Virus record (IMG/VR): IMGVR_UViG_3300022822_000068 | Location: 1-29,076 of that record | Direction: 5' to 3' (one strand) | DNA from: a virus | Lineage: Duplodnaviria > Caudoviricetes | DNA: 29,076 nt | Shown: positions 16,474 to 24,275 of the stretch, one piece after another | How positions within the stretch are numbered: the first letter of the stretch is position 1 | Layout of the letters: every line of letters starts with the position of its first letter | The notes under the pieces: generated by a model | What the model saw: the letters and a program-made list of their open reading frames with translations, nothing else | What the model was told of the DNA's origin: nothing | Databases searched by the model: none | Made by a program: the position numbers and the translations under genes

Positions 16474-17805
16474 ATGAAAAAAATTCGTAAAAGACTTTAC
16501 CCTAATGAAGCAACTTTATTAGGATTAGATTTAAACAACAATGACATAGGAAGAGAAACTGCCAGATATCGTTTAGAGGTTTTTCAAGTAGAAATAATAG
16601 ATAATTTAAGAAAAGAACAAAAATGCAAAAAACAAAAAGTTACACAAAAAAATCAAAATCAACTAAACCAAAACCAAAACCAAAACCAAGTAAAAAATAC
16701 TAGTAAGACAAGTGCAAACGATTATAAAGAAGAAGAGTTTTTCTTATCTGCATACGATAGAGAAACAAAGAGCATTTTAAGTATTGAGGATTTCTGTAAA
16801 AAATACAATCAACCTTTTGAGAATTTAAGTTCTCATAAATTTTTACCGTACCACTACAAAGAACCTTCTTACAATATTGTTTTTAAACCTCAATTAGCAA
16901 TAAATGATCAATTAGATACTTTTGATTTTGATGAAATTATAAAAAAACATATTAAACCCATAAAGCAAAAACAATATTTTGCAAAAATAGGTGACAAAGA
17001 TTTTGATTCATTAACTGTCACAGATGTTCATATAGGTATGGATTCTGACATTGACAACAATACAATGTATGAAAAGGAGTGGAATAAAGAGGAGTTACTT
17101 AAAAGTGCTGACTTAGTCATTAAGGAAACATTAAAGGAGCAAGAAAGTAGTATTTTATACTTAGATGATTTAGGAGATTTGTTAGATGGTTTTAATGCAC
17201 AGACAACAAGAGGAGGACATGAATTACCTCAAAACATGACAAATGAGCAATGCTTTGATGCTGCTTTAGAATTTAAACTTAGAATACTGTATGGTTTAAT
17301 AAATAATTACGATACTATACATTTTAACAATATTTGCAATGACAATCATTCAGGAGCGTTTGGGTATTTTGTAAACGAAGCATTTAAAAAAATAGCAGAG
17401 ATACAATTTAAAGATAAAGTTACTGTAACAAATCATAGAAAATTTATAAACCACTATTTCGTAGGAGATATTTGTTTTTTAATTTCACACGGTAAAGATG
17501 ACAAAAGTTTGAAGTTTGGTTTTAAACCTCATTTAGATTTAAAAGGTGCTGATAAGATAGACCAATATTGTAAGCAATACGGTATTTACAAGACCGCTAA
17601 GCTAATAATATTTAAAAAAGGTGATAGTCATCAAGCGTTATTTGATATGTGTACTTCTGACGATTTCTATTACTTTAATTACCCTGCATTATCACCAAGT
17701 TCTAATTGGATTAAAAATAATTTTAAATTAGGTAGAAGAGGATTTATAAATGAATCTTTTAAAGGCTTAAAAAACTATTTAAAACCTAATTTTATAATAA
17801 AATAA
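16474..17805 (+). CDS. Calcineurin-like metallophosphoesterase with N-terminal extension
   Basis: Motifs TDVHIG, LGDLLDG, NDNH, SHG, GDSH in canonical order. Confidence 0.8.
   Translation: MKKIRKRLYPNEATLLGLDLNNNDIGRETARYRLEVFQVEIIDNLRKEQKCKKQKVTQKNQNQLNQNQNQNQVKNTSKTSANDYKEEEFFLSAYDRETKSILSIEDFCKKYNQPFENLSSHKFLPYHYKEPSYNIVFKPQLAINDQLDTFDFDEIIKKHIKPIKQKQYFAKIGDKDFDSLTVTDVHIGMDSDIDNNTMYEKEWNKEELLKSADLVIKETLKEQESSILYLDDLGDLLDGFNAQTTRGGHELPQNMTNEQCFDAALEFKLRILYGLINNYDTIHFNNICNDNHSGAFGYFVNEAFKKIAEIQFKDKVTVTNHRKFINHYFVGDICFLISHGKDDKSLKFGFKPHLDLKGADKIDQYCKQYGIYKTAKLIIFKKGDSHQALFDMCTSDDFYYFNYPALSPSSNWIKNNFKLGRRGFINESFKGLKNYLKPNFIIK
16651..16689 (+). repeat. In-frame hexamer repeat encoding an NQ tract
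   Basis: AATCAA x2, then AACCAA x4 perfect (16666-16689). Confidence 0.8.
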
Positions 17806-17855
17806 CCCTATAATTAAGTTTATCGTGTTAAAAACCGAATTTAACAATACATATT

Positions 17856-18311
17856 ATGACAGTTGTTGAGCCTTATTTAATTAATCTTGATGTTATTGAG
17901 CGAGAACTTCCCAATGTAGCTAAACAAGCGGTCATTGAAAACAAGGAAAATATAATGAATATTCTTAAATATTCTCAATTGGAATTAGGAATAAAGTCAG
18001 ACGGAAGTGATGCAGGTGTGTATAGTAATTTAACATCACAGTTTGCAATTGGGCAAGATGTTGTTAAGCCCAAAAATGCAGGAGATCCATATAACTTTCA
18101 ATGGAGTGGAGGTACTTTTGCCTTTATGGATGTTAAAACCGATGGTAAAGGAGAGTTTGACATATTTTCTACAAGTGGAAAACAGGAATTACTTGAAGAA
18201 ATATACGGAGAATTGTTTGATTTAACAGAAGAACACAATGAATTTGTTAATATGCAGATAATATTACCATACCTACAAGAATATATTTTAAAAAATATAG
18301 TAAAAGTTTAA
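17856..18311 (+). CDS. Putative tail completion / neck morphogenesis protein
   Basis: 151 aa; QLELGIKSDG...Y ... YNFQWSGGTF pattern resembles virion morphogenesis proteins; synteny. Confidence 0.45.
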   Translation: MTVVEPYLINLDVIERELPNVAKQAVIENKENIMNILKYSQLELGIKSDGSDAGVYSNLTSQFAIGQDVVKPKNAGDPYNFQWSGGTFAFMDVKTDGKGEFDIFSTSGKQELLEEIYGELFDLTEEHNEFVNMQIILPYLQEYILKNIVKV

Positions 18312-18327
18312 TGTTGTAAATTTTACC

Positions 18328-18413
18328 TATCTTTGTTTTTAGCAAATCATTTTAAAGGATTTACGAATCTATTACAATTTAAAATATTTAACGACTCTAG
18401 TTAAAGACTGCTA
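18328..18413 (+). promoter_or_regulatory. -7 promoter box followed by a structured 5' leader
   Basis: TATCTTTG 18328-18335; nested complementary segments 18340-18413. Confidence 0.5.
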
Positions 18414-18442
18414 TTCTTATTAAAAAACCTAAAAACTTATCA

Positions 18443-19069
18443 ATGAGCGAAACACGTTATTACAGAAATTGTAATGAATTATCTGTTTACAATTTTCATA
18501 AAATATTAGAAACAAATAACTACGCATATTTAGTGGTAGGATTTGACGAATACGAGAAGATTAATATAAATGAAAAAGAAGCAAGTGATGTTTGGAATTT
18601 AATTTACGAAGAATACTGCAAACTAACAGAGGACAATAAGAGTTTATTATATTTTGCAATTTTTCAAGAATTACTTTATTTAAAAACAAGATTTGAAGTT
18701 GCTACCACACTACTAAAACAATTATCAAACGGAATAGATGATAAAACAGTTGTGTTAAAGTACATTAATGCATTAAGAGTTTGGAAGTATAAAATAAACA
18801 AAGATAAGCCTTTAGATGAAGAATTAGATAGGATGGTTAATCAATTAAAAGCTAGCACAAACAAAATACAGATAAAACAATCTGAACTAGAAGACTTAAA
18901 TGTTAATAATAGTGATAAATTGTCTCTCATTGAGCAAGTTGTTAAACTTGAACTTGCATTAGGTAAAAACGAAATAGATATTAAAAAAACGGTAGTATCA
19001 AAATACATAGCTTTATTTAAAGAAGTAAAGCTTATTAACGAAGCAAGAAGTAAACAAAACAATAAGTAA
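18443..19069 (+). CDS. Putative tail assembly chaperone
   Basis: Helical 208 aa whose stop overlaps the tape measure start (TAATG). Confidence 0.5.
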   Translation: MSETRYYRNCNELSVYNFHKILETNNYAYLVVGFDEYEKININEKEASDVWNLIYEEYCKLTEDNKSLLYFAIFQELLYLKTRFEVATTLLKQLSNGIDDKTVVLKYINALRVWKYKINKDKPLDEELDRMVNQLKASTNKIQIKQSELEDLNVNNSDKLSLIEQVVKLELALGKNEIDIKKTVVSKYIALFKEVKLINEARSKQNNK

Positions 19070-22041
19070 TGAGTAATTCGACAGAACAAGCAATAAAATT
19101 AGCAGCAGAAGGAATTGCTAGGTTAAAAACAGAAATGACTGGTTTAAATACTGTTATTTTACAAGGTGCTACAAACTTAAACAGCATGTTGACTTCTGAT
19201 AAGTCTTCTTTTAAGGAGTTAAATGAATTAATTTTAAAGGTAAATAACTCTACTGCTAAATTAAATGAGAACTCTAAAAAAAAGATTGCAGTTGATAGTC
19301 AAATAAAAGTTAAACAAAACGAATTAGCAAAATCTTTTCAGTCTTTACAAAAACAAAGAGAAAAAGAAGGTCAACAAGTAACAAAGTTAAACAAGGCAAG
19401 ATTAATAGAAGCAGATGCAATTGAGCGGAATAAAAAAGCACTTCAAAATCAGAAGAAAGCGGTCATTGAATTATCAAGACCTTTTAACCAACTAATAGCA
19501 AAACACAAACTAGCAAAAAAGGTTTTACAAGATTTAACAGTTAGTCAAGGAAAAAACACTAGAGCAACTAAAAAGGCTCAAAAAGAGTACGATAGATTAA
19601 ATGAAAAAGTAAACTTAGCTAATAAAGCAACGTCTAACTTTAGTAAAACAGGCTTAGGAGGAATGGCTCGTGGATTTAGAAATCTTTTAGGTGCGTTTGG
19701 AGTAATAGGAGGTATTCAGTTATTTGCACAATTTGCAAAACAAGGATTTGATTTAGCACGTAAGTTAGATAGTCTTAATTTTACAATGAAGGCAGTTATT
19801 GGTAATGCTGAAATACTAAGAAGAACTCAACTATTTTTAGCAGAAACTGCTGAAAAATATGGAGCATCTATACTTACATTAACAGAAAGATATAATAAAT
19901 TTTACACGGCAGCAAGGCAAAGTGGTGTTACATTAAAAGATACCGAAGCTATTTTTAAATCATTTACAAAGTCAGCAGGTTTCTTGGGTTTACGTTCTCA
20001 CGAATTAGAAGGGGTGTTTTTAGCATTAGAACAGATGCTTTCCAAAGGTAAAGTAACAACAGAAGAATTACGTAGACAGTTAGGAGAGAGGTTGCCAGGA
20101 GCATTTGGTGTAATGGCTCAAACCGTTCAAAAGTTAAATCCAGATATTGAAGTTACAGTTGCAACTTTAGATAAAATGCTTAGAGCAGGATCAATATTGT
20201 CAGCAGAAGTTTTACCTGAATTTGCAAAACAATATGAAAAATCTATTGGTATTGAGCAAAAAGATGCTGTTGAAACCTTAAATGCTTCCATTGAAAGAAT
20301 GTCTAATTCATGGGTTAAGTTTGTTGGTGATTTAACAAATAGTGAGGGAAGTATAAGTAAAGTTCTAATGTTTACAATAGGACTAGTTGGTGGATTAGTT
20401 GATGGTTTAAACTTGTTAAATGAAACACAAGAAGACTTTAATTCATCATTAGAGAATAAAGCTTTTGTTAGTCAAGGTAAATATTTTGATGGTTTAGGTG
20501 AAAAAGCATCTAATTACGCTAAGATTACAAAAGAAAATGCAGAAAAAAGAATAAAACAAATTACAAAAGAGATAGAGTTTAATAATAATTTACTAAAATT
20601 ATTTAAAACAGATTACCCTGCTTATTATAAATTAAGTAGAGAGCATAATAAATCAACAACACAGGCTAATAAAGAAAATAAAAAATTAAATAATAGACTA
20701 GCTACTCAAAACGGAATATTAAAAGCAGCTAATATTTACGCAACAGAATCTAATGAGAATAAAGAAGATGCAATAAATAAAGACAGAACAATGGCTGTTG
20801 TTTTAGCTGAAAAACAAAAACTACAAGATTCTTTAAATAAATCAACAAAAGAAGAGGCACAAGGTATTTTAAATAAAATAAATATTTTAGATCAAGAATT
20901 AAAGGCTTGGACTAGACTAAAAAGATTAAAGGTAGAAAGTTTTGACTTAGAGGCTAATGGAATTGACCTTTCAGAAAAAAAATTATCAGCTTATCAAAAA
21001 ACATTATTAAAATGGACTGATACTATGAAAAATGCAGAATCAGTCCCTAAACTAGAGCCATTAACAGATAGGGAGCAATCTAAATTAGACGCATATAACA
21101 AAAGCCTAACTGAATCATTGGTTAGACTTGATGAATTTGAGCAGTATAAAGATATTTTTAAAGGTGTTATGGGAACTTTTGGAGATGAATTTGACATAGA
21201 TGTATCTAAGTTTGATTTTATATTTGATAGTTTAGGAGATAAAACAGATGATTTGTTTGATACTGATAAAATTGGACAATGGGCGGATTTATCAAAAGAA
21301 CTAATTGGAAGTGTTTTAGACGCTAGTTTACAGAGTTACGACATTGAACTACAAACTGCTCAAAGAAATAGAGACTTAATTCTTGAAAATGATTTAGCAA
21401 CATCTGAACAAAAAGAAGCTGCTAGAAAAAAGTTTGACGAGAAAGAAAGAGATATAAACAACAGAAAGGCAAAACAAGAACGGAAAAACTCTTTAATTAA
21501 AATTGGTATAGATACATCTGTTGCAGTAGTAAAAACTTTTGCCGAAATGGGGTTTGTAGCGGGTCTTCCTTTTGCCGCCTTAATGGCAGGAGTAGGTATA
21601 GCACAGGCAGCAATAGTTGCGTCACAGCCATTACCACAGTTTGAAAAAGGTACAGGAAATGCACCTAAAGGTATGGCAATTACAGATGAAAAAGGAGCAG
21701 AAATACATACAGATAAAAAAGGTAATATAAAAGATTTAGGAAGCAATAAAGGGGCAAGACAGAAATACTTAGAAAAAGGAGATAAGATATTTACAGCAGA
21801 TCAATCTAAAAATATGTTAGAAGGTTTTGATGAAAACAACTTACAACAAGCTATCTTTGAAATGAACATGTTTGGAAATGGAAACATACTAAACGATAAC
21901 GTTGTTGACAAGGCATTATTAAATAAAATGGATGCATTAGCCTCTAGCAACGAAATGGTCTGGAGAGAAGTTAAGAAATTAGCATCAAGACCTATATCTA
22001 TAAACAATAAAGTAGAAATTAAAAACGAAAGAGCGTATTAA
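19069..22041 (+). CDS. Tail tape measure protein
   Basis: 990 aa, extended helical; motif LEQMLSKGKVTTEELRRQLGERLPGAF; hydrophobic segments. Confidence 0.92.
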   Translation: MSNSTEQAIKLAAEGIARLKTEMTGLNTVILQGATNLNSMLTSDKSSFKELNELILKVNNSTAKLNENSKKKIAVDSQIKVKQNELAKSFQSLQKQREKEGQQVTKLNKARLIEADAIERNKKALQNQKKAVIELSRPFNQLIAKHKLAKKVLQDLTVSQGKNTRATKKAQKEYDRLNEKVNLANKATSNFSKTGLGGMARGFRNLLGAFGVIGGIQLFAQFAKQGFDLARKLDSLNFTMKAVIGNAEILRRTQLFLAETAEKYGASILTLTERYNKFYTAARQSGVTLKDTEAIFKSFTKSAGFLGLRSHELEGVFLALEQMLSKGKVTTEELRRQLGERLPGAFGVMAQTVQKLNPDIEVTVATLDKMLRAGSILSAEVLPEFAKQYEKSIGIEQKDAVETLNASIERMSNSWVKFVGDLTNSEGSISKVLMFTIGLVGGLVDGLNLLNETQEDFNSSLENKAFVSQGKYFDGLGEKASNYAKITKENAEKRIKQITKEIEFNNNLLKLFKTDYPAYYKLSREHNKSTTQANKENKKLNNRLATQNGILKAANIYATESNENKEDAINKDRTMAVVLAEKQKLQDSLNKSTKEEAQGILNKINILDQELKAWTRLKRLKVESFDLEANGIDLSEKKLSAYQKTLLKWTDTMKNAESVPKLEPLTDREQSKLDAYNKSLTESLVRLDEFEQYKDIFKGVMGTFGDEFDIDVSKFDFIFDSLGDKTDDLFDTDKIGQWADLSKELIGSVLDASLQSYDIELQTAQRNRDLILENDLATSEQKEAARKKFDEKERDINNRKAKQERKNSLIKIGIDTSVAVVKTFAEMGFVAGLPFAALMAGVGIAQAAIVASQPLPQFEKGTGNAPKGMAITDEKGAEIHTDKKGNIKDLGSNKGARQKYLEKGDKIFTADQSKNMLEGFDENNLQQAIFEMNMFGNGNILNDNVVDKALLNKMDALASSNEMVWREVKKLASRPISINNKVEIKNERAY

Positions 22042-24275
22042 TGGATAATTTAGAAAGGATTAGAAGCGTACAGTACGAGTTATTTTCTCAAAAATTTGGT
22101 AACTTAATTATTCAAGAACCTAAAGGTTGGAGTAGCGACACGGAAAGTTTTAAAAGAGATGCTGATAGTAGGGGTATTACTTCTAAAATAGATGTTGATT
22201 TAGAGTTTTTTGGAAACGCATCTAAATATTTAAGAGATGTTTATAACACTTTAGGAATTGAAGAACGAGTTGTTTTAACAAAATACGAAAAAAATAAGTT
22301 TTCTTTAAGTGAGGAGTGGGCTATAAAGTATGTTCAAGAGTTGGACTTAACTACTTATAAAATAATATCAAGGACAGGAAACGTTAGTGTTAACGCAAGG
22401 GAAGGTGGTTTGTTTTCGGATATAAAAATTAGAGAGAGTGACGAGTATGATTTATTAGACAACTTATCCGCTGATGAAATTGATTTAGGGTTATTAAAAA
22501 CACAGGTATTTCAACCACTAGGAAGAAAATTATTTGTAGAAAGCAAATTAGAGGGTGGTTATACTGGTTATCGTATAAATGGATTTCCTCACAAAGCAGT
22601 AAGTGGTACTAATGATGAAACATCAAGACCGATACCTTTAGAGGTAGTTTACAATTCAAACCCTAAAGACCTTGTAAATCCTTTTAATTCTGATATAAGT
22701 TCAAACTTAACAACACCTCATACTTTGTCTTATGAAATTGGAGAAGAATTACAAAGTAGTGATTTATTTTTCTTTAGAGCAGAGCAAGATATTTCCTTGA
22801 GTTTAAAGTTAGACTTAAAATATAAAATAACACAAATACAGAAATTAAGGTCTGAAATACAAGATTTTTCTGTAAACTTAATAAAAACAAATAAAGTTGT
22901 TGAATCTGATTTAATAAAATCTGTAACTACTTTAATGACTTTTACAGATTTTACTTTAAACGTAGATAAGATTTATGATGATGTATTTGATGTTACTTTA
23001 TTAAAAGATGAAAGTTTAGCGTTAGTATTTACTTTTAAATCATCTTACGATGGTGGTGGTTCAAGAGGGTTTGTAAACTTTTATTTAAACGTTTTAAAAA
23101 GTATTCTTGTAGTTCAAGATAAAACTAAATATGAAGATGATGTTACTATTAGTAGATGCATTAAACCTTTAGAGTTTTTTAATAGATTAATAGCTAAGAT
23201 TACTGGTAAAAACGGATTAGTAAAGTCTAGTATATTTGAAAATGGAGGTGAATATGAATTTACTGTTATTGATAATGGGTTATTTGCAAGAGGATTTCCT
23301 GATTCTTACCCAAATGGAAATGAGCAGGAGCAAAGAATACAGTTAAAATCTTCATTTAAAAATGCATTTGAAAGTTTTAATTACTTAGAGCCTTTATGTT
23401 GGTATACCGAATTTATAGGTAATAAAGAATATATTAGAATAGAGAAAGCCACTTACACACAACAAAACTTTATAGGAATTAAATTAGGTAATGTAGATAA
23501 TATAGAATACGAAAGTTCTAAAATGGATTACTTTTCCAAAATAGAAATAGGACACGATAAAAGCCTAGATTATGAGGAAATAAATGGTTTAGACGAAACT
23601 AATGGTAAAAGCGAATTTAGTACCTTTGTAACTAAGAACATATCAGCTTACTCTGTTCTTTCAAAATTTAGGACAGATTCGGTAGGTTATGAATTAACAA
23701 GAAGATTGCCTTTTAAATTATACCCGAAAGAAGACAGTAAAAGAGATAGTGATATTTGGATTCACGATGCTTATTCTCTGCCATCTGGGGTTATAACTCA
23801 TAAAAAATGGGATTATGAAGGCAGATTCACAAGTAAACCAATAGGAATATATGACCCTAATAGTGCATGGAATTTGTGGTTAAGTCCAATGAATAGATTG
23901 TACTATGGTCATTCCTATAGTGTAAAAAGAGGTCTTTACCATTACGGTAACAAAAGGATAAGGTTTAACTCTAGTAATGCGAATCAAAATCTAATAACGG
24001 AAAAAAACGGACTTGTTCTTTCTGAAAGCGGAAGTATTAAAATATCGGATATTCCCAAAGCAAGAGTTGAAGCTACTATGATTAATTTTAACTTTAACAT
24101 GAATCAGAGTATTGAAAATATGTTCAAGGGAACAACTAAAATTGAAGGGGTTAATATTAAAAATTACTTTGGTTTAATAGAGTATATTGAAAGAGGTGTG
24201 AAAAAATACGGAAGATTAGTTACTTTAGAAAGTTCTGATGAAGCTAAAATAACATTAATAAAAGCAAGATTATAA
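22041..24275 (+). CDS. Tail tip / baseplate hub protein (putative)
   Basis: 744 aa coupled directly downstream of the tape measure; beta-rich. Confidence 0.6.
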   Translation: MDNLERIRSVQYELFSQKFGNLIIQEPKGWSSDTESFKRDADSRGITSKIDVDLEFFGNASKYLRDVYNTLGIEERVVLTKYEKNKFSLSEEWAIKYVQELDLTTYKIISRTGNVSVNAREGGLFSDIKIRESDEYDLLDNLSADEIDLGLLKTQVFQPLGRKLFVESKLEGGYTGYRINGFPHKAVSGTNDETSRPIPLEVVYNSNPKDLVNPFNSDISSNLTTPHTLSYEIGEELQSSDLFFFRAEQDISLSLKLDLKYKITQIQKLRSEIQDFSVNLIKTNKVVESDLIKSVTTLMTFTDFTLNVDKIYDDVFDVTLLKDESLALVFTFKSSYDGGGSRGFVNFYLNVLKSILVVQDKTKYEDDVTISRCIKPLEFFNRLIAKITGKNGLVKSSIFENGGEYEFTVIDNGLFARGFPDSYPNGNEQEQRIQLKSSFKNAFESFNYLEPLCWYTEFIGNKEYIRIEKATYTQQNFIGIKLGNVDNIEYESSKMDYFSKIEIGHDKSLDYEEINGLDETNGKSEFSTFVTKNISAYSVLSKFRTDSVGYELTRRLPFKLYPKEDSKRDSDIWIHDAYSLPSGVITHKKWDYEGRFTSKPIGIYDPNSAWNLWLSPMNRLYYGHSYSVKRGLYHYGNKRIRFNSSNANQNLITEKNGLVLSESGSIKISDIPKARVEATMINFNFNMNQSIENMFKGTTKIEGVNIKNYFGLIEYIERGVKKYGRLVTLESSDEAKITLIKARL

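Noticed and set aside
14025-18225. Nested + strand alternative-frame ORFs 14025..14225 and 18043..18225
   Set aside because: Short, fully inside better-supported genes, and lacking motifs or leaders
18443-19069. Canonical tail chaperone -1 frameshift (lambda G/GT type)
   Set aside because: No convincing in-frame X XXY YYZ site with an overlapping second ORF; the gene abuts the tape measure directly
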